The translations under genes were made by a program, and so were the position numbers. DNA of 64,000 nt from Candidatus Multivoradales bacterium (GTDB lineage: Bacteria; Acidobacteriota; Thermoanaerobaculia; Multivoradales; J023). Location of the stretch: contig CBDFLE010000006.1 in the NCBI GenBank assembly GCA_965248925.1, positions 128,001 through 192,000 of the forward strand. The letters are read 5' to 3'. Below are positions 48,050-57,837 of this stretch, in pieces; position 1 is the stretch's first letter, and every line of letters begins with the position of its first letter. The notes under the pieces were generated by a model. The model had not been told where the DNA came from. It did no database searches and was given only the letters and a program-made list of their open reading frames with translations.

Positions 48050-49677
48050 CAGGCTATCTCTCGCTGGGCTTGGTGGGCGACCACCGGCGACAGCTGCCAG
48101 GCGTCGCTCTGAGATTCTTGCTGCCAAGTCCAGTGCAAGCGCCGGCACCACGCAGGATCGGCGTGGGGAAAGTCACTGCGATAGTGGCTACCGCGGCTCT
48201 CACACCGCTCGCAGGCGGCCTGGGTCACCAGCCGGGCATTGGTCAGTAGGCTGGCGGTTGGCCCCAACGGCGAAGCCAGATGCTGCGCCAATTGCTCAAT
48301 CCGTTCGCGGGCCCAGCGCAAACCGCTGGCGTCCCGCACCAGCCCAACGTGGCGCCACATCAAGCGCCGCAGAGTGGGCGCCAAGCGCGGCTCCTCGGCC
48401 ACTCGGCCAACTTGCAGATCACGGCAAACTGAGCCCCGCCGAGCCCGCCGTAGGAGCCTCTGCGGGGCCGTCGTAGCCGCCAGATCGCGAGCTACCCGAG
48501 CCCCCCAGACAACCCCTTCCACCAGCGAGTTGCTGGCGAGGCGATTGGCGCCGTGAACGCCACTCGAAGTCACCTCGCCACAGGCCCAAAGACCCGGCAA
48601 GGAGGTCCGGCCCAAGGCATCGACCGCGACCCCGGCCATCGCGTAATGAGCCGCCGGAGTCACCGGAATAGGTTGTCGGCGAGGGTCGATACCGGCCTGC
48701 CGACAATGCTCGAAAACGGTGGGAAAACGCCGCGGAAACCTGTCTCCAACCACCCTGCGAGAGTCGAGAAAAACCTGGTCACCAGCTTCGCGGCGACGCC
48801 AGATAGCGCGGGCGACGATGTCTCGCGGAGCTAACTCGGCCAACTGATGAATCGCCGGCATGAAGCGCTCGCCGCGGCCATCGATCAGCACCGCTCCCTC
48901 ACCGCGCAGGGCTTCGGTGACCAAGGGCAGCGGATCTTGCGCGGTCAGCAGAGCGGTGGGATGAAACTGAACCATTTCCAGATCGGCTAGCTCGGCACCG
49001 GCGCGGGCGGCCATCGCCAGCCCATCGCCCACTGCACCCCGTGGATTGGTGGTGTGCAAGAACAGCTGACCGAACCCCCCCGCCGCCAGCACCACCGCTT
49101 CGGCGGCAAAGACCACCCTGCGACCCGCAGCTAGACGGGTCGCCACCCCCACCACCCTCCCCTCGTCGAGCACCAATTCTTCCGCCCGCGAGCCTTCGAC
49201 GGTGCGTAGATGGGCACTGCCTTCGAGAGCTCCGCGCAGCGCTCTGACCAACTCCGCACCAGTAGCATCACCGCTGGCGTGTAAGATCCGACGCCGCCCG
49301 TGGGCACCTTCTCTCCCCAGGCTGAGAGCGCCGGAATCGTCGCGATCAAAACGCGCGCCGAGCTCGATCAACCAGCGCATCAGCGCCGCAGCTTCGGCGG
49401 TTAGACCGGCCACCGCCCGAGGATCGCACAGTCCGGCGCCGGCCGACAGTGTGTCGGCGGCATGCTCAGCCGGCGAGTCGTCCGCCGCCATCGCCGCCGC
49501 CACCCCACCCTGGGCCCAAGGGCTGGAACCCCCCAGACCGAGCTTCTCAGGAGTCAGTAGAGTGACCCGGCGTGGAGCCAGCTGCAAGGCGGTGGTCATG
49601 CCGGCGACGCCGCTGCCGATTACCACCACCCCAGCGGGCAGAACTTCGTCGACGTCGGTCATGGCGCGATAGAGCAT
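48049..49677 (-). CDS. nadB: L-aspartate oxidase
   Basis: GSGVAG, AQGGVAA, QFHPT, TEALRGEG, PAAHY, GVHGANRLASNSL, ESRGSH. Confidence 0.95.
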   Translation of the reverse strand: MLYRAMTDVDEVLPAGVVVIGSGVAGMTTALQLAPRRVTLLTPEKLGLGGSSPWAQGGVAAAMAADDSPAEHAADTLSAGAGLCDPRAVAGLTAEAAALMRWLIELGARFDRDDSGALSLGREGAHGRRRILHASGDATGAELVRALRGALEGSAHLRTVEGSRAEELVLDEGRVVGVATRLAAGRRVVFAAEAVVLAAGGFGQLFLHTTNPRGAVGDGLAMAARAGAELADLEMVQFHPTALLTAQDPLPLVTEALRGEGAVLIDGRGERFMPAIHQLAELAPRDIVARAIWRRREAGDQVFLDSRRVVGDRFPRRFPTVFEHCRQAGIDPRRQPIPVTPAAHYAMAGVAVDALGRTSLPGLWACGEVTSSGVHGANRLASNSLVEGVVWGARVARDLAATTAPQRLLRRARRGSVCRDLQVGRVAEEPRLAPTLRRLMWRHVGLVRDASGLRWARERIEQLAQHLASPLGPTASLLTNARLVTQAACERCESRGSHYRSDFPHADPAWCRRLHWTWQQESQSDAWQLSPVVAHQAQREIA

Positions 49678-50714
49678 CAGCCACCGCTCCCGCGACCGAC
49701 CTCGAGCATGCGCTCGACCGCCCGCCGAGCGCGCGCCGCGATCTGTGGTTCCACTTCCACCGCGTGGTTCAGAGTTTCGAGCGAGCGAAGGATCCTCGGC
49801 AGGGTGATGCGTTTCATGTGCGGGCACAGGCTGCAGGGGCGAATAAAGTCGACCTCTGGCAGCTCGACCGCCACGTTGTCGGACATCGAGCATTCTGTAA
49901 TCATCACCACTCGACCACCGCCGGATTGGCGAACGTGCTCGATCATGCCCGAGGTCGAGCCGACGAAGTCGGCCTCGGCGAGCACTTCCGGCGGACACTC
50001 CGGGTGGGCGATCACCTGCACTCCAGGATAAGCACGGCGAAAGCTCTGAATCTGCTCGGGGGTAAATCGCTCGTGGACCTCACAATGTCCCTTCCACAAG
50101 ATGATCTCGACCTCAGTTTGGCTGGCGACGTACTTGCCGAGATATTCATCTGGCAGGAAAATCACCCGCTGGCTGCCCAAGGACTCGACCACTTCGACCG
50201 CGTTCGAGGAAGTGCAGCAGATGTCGGACTCGGCTTTCACCTCGGCCGAGGTGTTGACGTAAGTCACCACCGGCACGCCGGGATAGCGTTGGCGTAGCAG
50301 GCGCACATCGGCACCGGTAATCGACGCGGCCAGCGAGCAGCCGGCCTTGAGATCCGGAATCAGCACCGTCTTGTCAGGATTGAGCAGCTTGGCCGTCTCG
50401 GCCATGAAGTGGACGCCGCAGAGCACGATCACCTCGGCGTCGGTCTCGGCCGCCTGGCGCGCCAGCGCCAAGGAGTCGCCGCTCAAGTCGGCAACGCCAT
50501 GAAAAATTTCAGGAGTCTGGTAATTGTGCGCCAGGATCACCGCTTTGCGCTCGCGCTTGAGGCGATTGATCGCCGCGATGTAAGGAGCATGCACCGGCCA
50601 CTCCAGCTCGGGAATGACCGACCGTAGGCGTTCGAAGATCGGTGCCGTCGCCGCCGCGACTTGCGGCGTGTAGTCGAGAACGCCCGCGCTGGGCTGCAAG
50701 GTGGTGCTGGTCAT
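49677..50714 (-). CDS. nadA: Quinolinate synthase
   Basis: [36 protein letters not shown]; GGAGG RBS. Confidence 0.96.
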   Translation of the reverse strand: MTSTTLQPSAGVLDYTPQVAAATAPIFERLRSVIPELEWPVHAPYIAAINRLKRERKAVILAHNYQTPEIFHGVADLSGDSLALARQAAETDAEVIVLCGVHFMAETAKLLNPDKTVLIPDLKAGCSLAASITGADVRLLRQRYPGVPVVTYVNTSAEVKAESDICCTSSNAVEVVESLGSQRVIFLPDEYLGKYVASQTEVEIILWKGHCEVHERFTPEQIQSFRRAYPGVQVIAHPECPPEVLAEADFVGSTSGMIEHVRQSGGGRVVMITECSMSDNVAVELPEVDFIRPCSLCPHMKRITLPRILRSLETLNHAVEVEPQIAARARRAVERMLEVGRGSGG

Positions 50715-50743
50715 CGAGAACCTCCTCGGCCGATCGACCGATA

Positions 50744-50764
50744 TTATGCTCAATATGAGCATTA
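50744..50764. promoter_or_regulatory. NadQ operator 1
   Basis: TTATGCTCAATATGAGCATTA matches the NadQ consensus ttATRCTCannnTGAGYATaa. Confidence 0.85.
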
Positions 50765-50814
50765 CGAGGGTCAAATAAAAGCGGTTGACCCGCAGGTCGA
50801 CCGCTCGAACACCC

Positions 50815-50846
50815 TTATACTAGATCTGAGCATAACCTCTTGTCAA
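50815..50846 (-). promoter_or_regulatory. NadQ operator 2 overlapping the nadA promoter
   Basis: TTATACTAGATCTGAGCATAA (50815-50835) inside minus-strand TTGACA-N18-TAGTAT. Confidence 0.75.
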
Positions 50847-50880
50847 GGCCCCGGTTCGGCTGCCACGTTGCCTGTCAAAC

Positions 50881-51894
50881 CTAGGTTCCCGGCAGACCGG
50901 GCAGCCCCACCCCCGGCGTCGGCCGTTCGCGCAGCACATCACGGCGGAAGCGGAAGCGCTCGGCAGGACGACCGCCGGTGCCCGGATCGAGGCTTCCGGT
51001 GCCCTCCACCAACCCCCCTTTCTCCACCAAGCGGCGAAAGTTCTGCTTGTGCAGGCGAACCCCAGCCAGGGCTTCCACCAACTGTTGCAGCTGCAACAGG
51101 GTAAAGGCGCTCGGCAGGAGCTCGAAGACCACCGGCCGATATTTGATCTTGCCGCGTAAGCGAGAGATCGCGGTGGCCAGGATTCGACGGTGATCGAAGC
51201 TCATCGAACGACCCCAAAGATTTGCCGTCGAAGCCTCGCCCTGCTTGCCGGCGGTACCAGCATCGCGCACCGCCTCCCCCACCAGGCCAGCTTCATAGAG
51301 CAGCTCGTAGCGTTCCAGCACTCGCTCCCCGTCCCACACCGCGCCCCCCAGACCAAAGGTGATGTCGACCCGATCGCGCCGCAGGCTGCGTTCGCGCGGA
51401 TCCTCACTGCCGTCGACCCAATCGAAGAGTGCCGGCTCGACCTGGCGACTGAGGATCTTCGGCCGTCCGCTGCGCCAATCTTCCCATGGCAGATAGTCGT
51501 ACCAAGCCCGCCAGGCAGCGCTATCGGCCGCTGGCCGACCTTCGCGGACCAGCGCCAGATAGCCGATCGACACCACCCGCGGCCCGCCGTGGCGCTCACG
51601 CGGGTCGCGGTGCCGATCGCCATAGGTGTAGAGTTGTTCGACATAACCCAGCTCAAGGCCGGTCTGCTCGCGCACCCAGCGGCGTAGGGCAAGCTCCAAG
51701 GTGCGATCGCTCTCCGGATCGAGGGGACCAAACGGCAATGCCTGGGTCGGGGGATCACCGCGCTCGACGGTGAGAATACGGGGTTCCTCGTCAGTGACTG
51801 CCAAGATCACCGCGTTGAGTCCGATCACCAGGGCGCCGTTGGCGTCCATCGAGGAATGCTGCTTCATACCGTGTCCGGTTAGCTCGACGCACAC
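50881..51894 (-). CDS. nadQ: NadQ NAD-responsive regulator (Nudix-like plus NrtR wHTH); start uncertain
   Basis: LPFGP, QTGLELGYVEQLYT.GDR, PWEDWR, ERYELLYEAGL, DHRRILATA..RLRGKIKYRP, LHKQNFRR. Confidence 0.88.
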   Translation of the reverse strand: MCVELTGHGMKQHSSMDANGALVIGLNAVILAVTDEEPRILTVERGDPPTQALPFGPLDPESDRTLELALRRWVREQTGLELGYVEQLYTYGDRHRDPRERHGGPRVVSIGYLALVREGRPAADSAAWRAWYDYLPWEDWRSGRPKILSRQVEPALFDWVDGSEDPRERSLRRDRVDITFGLGGAVWDGERVLERYELLYEAGLVGEAVRDAGTAGKQGEASTANLWGRSMSFDHRRILATAISRLRGKIKYRPVVFELLPSAFTLLQLQQLVEALAGVRLHKQNFRRLVEKGGLVEGTGSLDPGTGGRPAERFRFRRDVLRERPTPGVGLPGLPGT

Positions 51895-51948
51895 GGGCCG
51901 CGTCGCCTTCAGCGAGCGGCCCGAAGTGGCTGCACGATCAGCGTCGAA

Positions 51949-53250
51949 CTACGGTTGGACGACGTCCCACATGTCGGTATCACCCGAAGTGAAGCCATCG
52001 CCAAAGATCAGGCTATCGCTGTCCGGCGCCTGGGTGGTGAAGGATACCGAGCCAGGAGAACCGGCACGGAACATAGTCAAGGTGGCTGAGTTGCTGGCCG
52101 GCGGCACGTCGGCATCGAACCAGAAAGTGTACATGGTGCCCCAACGCAAGGCGTTGGCGTCGGCGTTGGTGGCTTCGGTGTCGCCGGACCAAGTCACCAT
52201 GCCGCCGCCGACCATCGAAGTCCAATCGGTGTTGTCGTAGGGCTCGCCGGAGTGGTATTCCGGATCGTAGAAACCGACCCCGGTGACCGTCACCGAGGCA
52301 TCCACCGGCACCGAGAAGCTCTGGGCGCTGCGATGGTTATTGAGGTTGTGGACGGCGTAGGAGTAGCGCCAAGTGCCATCACCATTGTCGCGTACCTTGG
52401 TAGCGACGTAGAAGCGACCGTCACCCGCCACATCGACATCGACGATGTCCACCGTCGGGTCTTCGGTCTGCCAGGCGAAAATGGCCGCCTTCTCACGCAC
52501 CGTCCCGCCGGAGAGACTGAGAGTCATCGTCCCGGAGACCGTGACTTCGCTGTAGGAAGCGTTGTTCATGTGATTGCCGAAGGTGGCGTCGTCAGGGGTG
52601 ACGTAGTGCCCCTCGATGTAGTAAGTCGCACCGACATTCAGCGATGGATCAAGGTCGTCTTCATGCACCTGCAGCCGCTTGTAGATGTCGTTGCCGCCCG
52701 CCCCCTGGTCGGTGTAAGGCCAGAGGAAGGCACCGGTGAAAGCGTTGACCTCGAAACGTGGTCCGAGCCGCGAATGGCTGCCGTTCAAGGTCGAGCCGTA
52801 AGGATCGGAACAGCCGACCCCCAAGAGGGCTCCACTGCCGGGATTCTGGCAGCCAAAGCCACAAGCGTTGCCGGCCAAGGCCAAGAAGCCGTGTTTCAGC
52901 CAGCTGATGCCGACATTTTCAATCCGATCGTCCTTGACCCGATACAGGTTCTGGCCGATCACCGGATGATTAGGGTTGTCCGACTGCCACAACAGAGTTG
53001 CGTCGCCCTTGTTGCACGAGGTCGTCGCCACCGAAAAGGCATGGATACTGCCAACACTGCCCCAGTTGCGCACACTCGGCAACTCGCCGACGATCACGTC
53101 GGGGCCGACGGGACCCCGCTGGTCCACTCCTTCCTCTTTCGCCACGGCAGCGCCGGGCAACACGACTAGACTGGCCAGCAAGGCCAGCAACACGAATGAG
53201 CGCCAGGAAAGCAACCCAGGGTTTTTCTGCGCGCACTGCAAAATCGTCAT
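51949..53250 (-). CDS. Secreted protein with a possible lysyl-oxidase-like domain and a C-terminal IFxDGFxSGD motif
   Basis: AAAGGAG RBS, signal peptide; ATTSCNKGD, WLKHGF, GVGCSDPY, YYIEGHYV..D....NN; LIFGDGFTSGDTDMW. Confidence 0.7.
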   Translation of the reverse strand: MTILQCAQKNPGLLSWRSFVLLALLASLVVLPGAAVAKEEGVDQRGPVGPDVIVGELPSVRNWGSVGSIHAFSVATTSCNKGDATLLWQSDNPNHPVIGQNLYRVKDDRIENVGISWLKHGFLALAGNACGFGCQNPGSGALLGVGCSDPYGSTLNGSHSRLGPRFEVNAFTGAFLWPYTDQGAGGNDIYKRLQVHEDDLDPSLNVGATYYIEGHYVTPDDATFGNHMNNASYSEVTVSGTMTLSLSGGTVREKAAIFAWQTEDPTVDIVDVDVAGDGRFYVATKVRDNGDGTWRYSYAVHNLNNHRSAQSFSVPVDASVTVTGVGFYDPEYHSGEPYDNTDWTSMVGGGMVTWSGDTEATNADANALRWGTMYTFWFDADVPPASNSATLTMFRAGSPGSVSFTTQAPDSDSLIFGDGFTSGDTDMWDVVQP

Positions 53251-53415
53251 GCGGAACACTCCTTTGCTCAACCTAGACTGGGAAGGGTCTCTCCGAAGGA
53301 ACATGCTCACACATGGGTCGCGCCGACTACGAAATCACCACCGCTAGCAAGATTGGAATCTAATAGAAGGCCAAGTATAACCGAGATTCCGCCTCTAGAC
53401 CCATCCCAAGTGCTG

Positions 53416-55437
53416 CTAATCCCCTGATTGGCCACCGCTACGCCGACGCTGCTCGACCAGGGCCTGCAATTCGCGGGCTGGCGCCAGCATCGGATCGAGG
53501 GCGAGGGCTTGGTTAAGCTGCTGCGTCGCCGGCTGCAGCCGGTTCAGAGCGAGATAGACCTGCGCCATCAGTAGACGGGTCGACGGATCGCTCGGTGATT
53601 GGCGGATAGCGACCTGGTAGTGCGCCAGAGCGGCTTCATATTGGCCTGTGCTGGCTAGCAGTCCAGCCAGGTTCTCACGCGCCGGCAAGTGGTCGGAACT
53701 CAGGTCGAGCACCTGCTCAAAACCTTCCCGGGCTCCTTCAACGTTGCCCGAGTAGGCCCGCACCAAGGCTCGATTAAAGTGTAGCTCAGCGGACTCGGGA
53801 GCCCGCTCCAAGCCGCGCTCGAAAACCCGCCCGGCTTGCATCATCTGGCCGCGGCTGGCGTGCAAGATACCCAGCCCCAGGTAGGCGTTGATCATCGTCG
53901 GACTGAATTCGAGGGCCTTGCCGTAAGCATCCTCGGCGGCGCTGAATCGCTGTCTAGATGCCAGGTCGCGACCGACCAGCAGGTGCAAGATCGCATTCTC
54001 GGGATCGCTGTGCAACGCCCTCTCAACAGTCGCCCGGAAGCCTTCCCCATCATCTGCCAGCTGCCGCATCCAGGCAAGCTGCGCCACCAGCCGCGGCATC
54101 TCCACCAGGCCCCAGCGGTCGACCCGCCCGAGATGGAGGATGGCGGCATCGACCACCGCGCGTTGCGGCAGATCGAGGGTGATTCTCGGGGTCGGCTGCA
54201 ACACCCTGCCACGAAAGGCGTCAGTGGCGTCGAAGGCCCGCCTGCCGCGCAAGTCCTCAAGCTGTATCCAGGCGCTATGGCCGCAGAGTCCGACCAGCGC
54301 TATCAACGCGAGGGCGAATCCCCAACCGGCCCGAACCAAGCTCCCTCCCCGCTTGAGCCGCAGAGTGCGCAACCGCAGATTGGGCCGATATATCAAGCGG
54401 GCGCCGAGTAGAACTAGATAGGCGACGATCGCCGCCCAGCCCAGTGAAAAAAGAAAGGGCAGCAGGCCGTAGAGGCCGCGAAAGGAAAAGAAAGCGACGA
54501 TGAAAGCGCCAGCGATCAACAACTCCTCCCCAAACGATAGCTGGCGCCGCGCAGTGGCTGGTTTCTTCACCCGCGGCTTCACCAACAGCGCCGGGCGACC
54601 CAAGCCAAAGTAGAGAGCATCGTGGGGACAGACACTGACGCAGTCCATGCACTTCATGCATCCCGGATCCACCACCATGCCGTAGTCGCGCACCTCCTGG
54701 TGAACCCGCACATTCGAGGTACACACCGCCGTACAGTGGCCACAAGACCCGCAGGCGTCGGTCACCCGGATGGCAGCCGGCGCCAGCCGATCAGCGACGC
54801 CAAAAGCCGCACCGTAGGGACAGGCATAAGTGCAGAAGCCTTTGGCGCCCAAGAAGTAGACAATGGCGAATCCACACACGCCGAAGGTCAAGAGCGCCAC
54901 CACCAGACCGGGAAAAGTGGCCCAAAAGTCGGTCGTGGTAAAAGCACTGGTTACCCCTTGCTCCCAGGGCCGTCCGACCACCAGCCGGTAGATCGCCGGC
55001 CACAAAAACATGTAGACGAATGCCGCCATCGGCACCCACAGCAACAGCCGTGAACGCAGCGGCCGGGGGCGGATGCCGAGCTTGCCCAGCAGCCAGCCCG
55101 CCAGGTCTTGCAGCATCACCAGATGACACCCCCAACCACAGAAGAAGCGGCCAAAAAGTGCCGTCGACAGGATCGACGCGGCAAAAAACACCAGGCCGGC
55201 ATTGATCACCCCATGCTTGCTGAACTCCATCGCCTCAGACGGCTCCACCGGCGTCACCGTCGAGCCGGTAAGGCGCCAGTGCACTAGATGCGCCACCACC
55301 GCCAGATGGACGCCCACCAACACCAGAGCCCGCCGCCGCGACATCTTTGACGGTCGCACTTTCGCCGGCGTGGAGACCACCCGCGGCGGCGAGGACTTGC
55401 CAGGCTTAGAGTGGCGGTTTGATTTCTTCGCTGCCAT
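53416..55437 (-). CDS. NapH/MauN-type membrane polyferredoxin fused to TPR repeats
   Basis: GRFFCGWGC, FCTYACPYG, CGSCGHCTAVC, CMKCMDCVSVCP, several TM helices, C-terminal TPRs. Confidence 0.88.
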   Translation of the reverse strand: MAAKKSNRHSKPGKSSPPRVVSTPAKVRPSKMSRRRALVLVGVHLAVVAHLVHWRLTGSTVTPVEPSEAMEFSKHGVINAGLVFFAASILSTALFGRFFCGWGCHLVMLQDLAGWLLGKLGIRPRPLRSRLLLWVPMAAFVYMFLWPAIYRLVVGRPWEQGVTSAFTTTDFWATFPGLVVALLTFGVCGFAIVYFLGAKGFCTYACPYGAAFGVADRLAPAAIRVTDACGSCGHCTAVCTSNVRVHQEVRDYGMVVDPGCMKCMDCVSVCPHDALYFGLGRPALLVKPRVKKPATARRQLSFGEELLIAGAFIVAFFSFRGLYGLLPFLFSLGWAAIVAYLVLLGARLIYRPNLRLRTLRLKRGGSLVRAGWGFALALIALVGLCGHSAWIQLEDLRGRRAFDATDAFRGRVLQPTPRITLDLPQRAVVDAAILHLGRVDRWGLVEMPRLVAQLAWMRQLADDGEGFRATVERALHSDPENAILHLLVGRDLASRQRFSAAEDAYGKALEFSPTMINAYLGLGILHASRGQMMQAGRVFERGLERAPESAELHFNRALVRAYSGNVEGAREGFEQVLDLSSDHLPARENLAGLLASTGQYEAALAHYQVAIRQSPSDPSTRLLMAQVYLALNRLQPATQQLNQALALDPMLAPARELQALVEQRRRSGGQSGD

Positions 55438-55447
55438 GATTTGGGAT

Positions 55448-56137
55448 CTATCGAGTATAGGGCTTGGCTGGCCGAAGACGGCGGTCGAAGATTTTGGCGA
55501 AATTCCTCGCCACCCGCGCCGCCACTTCGTCGAGCGGCGGCGAAGAGCCGATCAGCTGTTCCACCGAGGTGGTTTCGAGCCCCTTGATGCCGCAAGCAAC
55601 AATGCCGGAAAAGAAGCTCAGGTCGGTCGACACATTCAAGGCAAAGCCATGCGCCGTCACCCAGCGGCTCAGATGCACACCCACCGAGGCGATCTTGCAT
55701 CGCCCCACCCAGACTCCGATGGCGCTTTGTTGGTCCCGTCGCTCCGCCGCGATGCCGAGATCCGCCAATGTGAGCACCAAAGAGTCTTGCAGGTCCCGCA
55801 CATAGCGCCGCACATCGCGGCGGTCGGGATTGAGGTCAAGAATCGGATAGCCCACCAACTGCCCAGGCCCGTGATAAGTCACCTGCCCACCCCGGTTGGT
55901 GTGGTGAACCTCTACCCCGGCCTGCGCCAGCCAACGGCGATCGGCCACCACGTCGGCTGGATCGGCGTTGCGCCCCAAGGTGTAGACCGGATCGTGTTCG
56001 ACCAACAGCAGATGCTCGCCACCTCGCCCGGCCTTGAGATCGCCACGAAGCCGCTCTTGCAACTCATAAGTCGGCTGCCAGCCCGCTCGACCGAGGTAGC
56101 GCCACACGAGAGGGCGCCCGCGGGAGGTATTGCTCAT
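55448..56137 (-). CDS. lipB: Octanoyltransferase
   Basis: EHDPVYTLG, RGGQVTYHGPGQLVGYP, KIASVG, HGFALN, ACG. Confidence 0.96.
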   Translation of the reverse strand: MSNTSRGRPLVWRYLGRAGWQPTYELQERLRGDLKAGRGGEHLLLVEHDPVYTLGRNADPADVVADRRWLAQAGVEVHHTNRGGQVTYHGPGQLVGYPILDLNPDRRDVRRYVRDLQDSLVLTLADLGIAAERRDQQSAIGVWVGRCKIASVGVHLSRWVTAHGFALNVSTDLSFFSGIVACGIKGLETTSVEQLIGSSPPLDEVAARVARNFAKIFDRRLRPAKPYTR

Positions 56138-56139
56138 CG

Positions 56140-56967
56140 CTACGGGTCGCCACCGGCAGGCCGAGCCCCAACAACACCCGGGGTGACCCCTCGGGCATCG
56201 AGAAAGGCGGCCATCAGACTCCACAGGTGGTCAAGGCGGTCCACCAGCCGGTGATCGCCATCGCCAAATACATGCAGTTCGACCGGCGCCCACGGACAAC
56301 TTGCCACAAAGCCGGTGATCGCCCACCAATCCACCGAGGCGTCCTGCATGCCCTGCAGGATCAGGGTCGGACAAGACAGCTCGGCTGCCAACTGCGCCGG
56401 GTCATAAGTCCTCAGATCCTCGAGCAACTCCCAGCCCAACTCACAAGTCACCAGATCGTGAGCAAATTCATGGCGGCCATCGCGCTGCCACTGCTCCATC
56501 CCCGCCGGCCCGGCCCATCGCTCCATGCCTTCGGCCATCTCCAGCGCTGGCGCCAGGGTCAGCGCCGCTTCGACCTCCTCACCCTGACGCGAGGCATACC
56601 ACAGCGCCGAAGCACCGCCCATCGACGAACCGACCAACACCACCCGTCGGTAGCCGTGCTGGCGCAGGAAATCGTGTACCCGGCCGACGTCTTCTAGATT
56701 GCGACTCAGGGTGAGCTGCAACATCGAGCCACCGGACTCGCCATGGCCTTGAAAGTCAAACGAGCACACCGCGATGCCGCGGGCCAACAGGCGGCGGCGA
56801 AAGAAGTCGGCCTTCTCACCGCTTTGGCAAGAGCCGAAGCCATGCATGTAGAGCACCGCCAAGTCGGTCCCGGTCGCCGGTTCGGCCAAATGCAGCGCTA
56901 GATGCGAGGCGGTACCGTCACTGGCCTCGAAATTCAGCCGCTGTTCGCTGTGAATGACTTTGTGCAT
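56140..56967 (-). CDS. Alpha/beta hydrolase
   Basis: HGFGS, FDFQGHGES, GSSMGG, GMQD, GDH. Confidence 0.9.
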   Translation of the reverse strand: MHKVIHSEQRLNFEASDGTASHLALHLAEPATGTDLAVLYMHGFGSCQSGEKADFFRRRLLARGIAVCSFDFQGHGESGGSMLQLTLSRNLEDVGRVHDFLRQHGYRRVVLVGSSMGGASALWYASRQGEEVEAALTLAPALEMAEGMERWAGPAGMEQWQRDGRHEFAHDLVTCELGWELLEDLRTYDPAQLAAELSCPTLILQGMQDASVDWWAITGFVASCPWAPVELHVFGDGDHRLVDRLDHLWSLMAAFLDARGVTPGVVGARPAGGDP

Positions 56968-56992
56968 AGGTGTTGCCTCAGAAAGACTCCTC

Positions 56993-57196
56993 GTCCGCCA
57001 CTGGGCGGACGTCACATTATAGCGAGGGATTTCAATCCCTTGCGACCGCCGGAGATGGTGTTGGAGACCGGACGAGGCCGGACGAGACCGGACTTGGCCG
57101 CTCGCAATCGGTACGGCGTGAGCCAACCAATGCGGCGTGGGCCGACCGACACGAGGGGTTAAAACCCCTCGCTAAGTCATAATGTCCCTGCGGGAC
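56993..57196. repeat. REP/REPIN-like inverted palindromic element
   Basis: TAGCGAGGGATTTCAATCCCTTG (57020-57042) is inverted relative to ACGAGGGGTTAAAACCCCTCGCTA (57151-57174); outer hairpins GTCCGCCACTGGGCGGAC and GTCCCTGCGGGAC. Confidence 0.7.
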
Positions 57197-57276
57197 GGAA
57201 GACAGCAGGCAGAGCCCTCGGCGAAGCGGCTCACGGGCCGGCTCAGCCGAGGCTTCGCCTGCTAGGCTAGTCGACG

Positions 57277-57837
57277 ATGGAGGCGCTCAACCCACTGAAT
57301 CTCGGTACCTTGCTGCGCCCCGACTGGGCGCTCTTCGCGCTCGGCGTGGTCTTGCTGCTCTGCGGTCGCCGGTTGGTGTGGTTGGCGTTAGCCGGGCTCG
57401 GCTGCATGCTCGGCCTGGCGCTCGCCGACCGGCTGCTGATCCCCTCGGCCGCAACCTCACCCTGGGTGCAACTCGGCTTGATGGCGTTGTTCGCCTTGGG
57501 CGGCGCGCTGCTGGCGTTGTTCGCTCAGAAGATGGCGGTGGCGGTGGCCGGATTCGTTCTCGGGGTGTTGGGCTCGCTGTGGTTGTTGCAAGCCCTCGGC
57601 TACGCGGAGGAACCTTGGACGCTATTCGCCGTCCTTGGCGGCGCCGCTCTCGGTTTCCTGCTCGGCCGTTTCCTCTTCGCCGTGGCACTGACCGTGTTGT
57701 CGGCGGCCATCGGTGCCTCCTTGATTCTTGAGCCTTTTACTTTGGCAGCCGATTTCAGACCTTTCATGTTCCTCGGCTTGAGCGCCCTCGGCGTCCTCAT
57801 CCAATCCCGCGGCCGGCGGCGGTCAGCGAGGCTCTGA
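57277..57837 (+). CDS. DUF4203-like membrane protein
   Basis: About 6 Gly-rich TM helices, LLLCGRRL, GVLIQ at the end. Confidence 0.7.
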   Translation: MEALNPLNLGTLLRPDWALFALGVVLLLCGRRLVWLALAGLGCMLGLALADRLLIPSAATSPWVQLGLMALFALGGALLALFAQKMAVAVAGFVLGVLGSLWLLQALGYAEEPWTLFAVLGGAALGFLLGRFLFAVALTVLSAAIGASLILEPFTLAADFRPFMFLGLSALGVLIQSRGRRRSARL

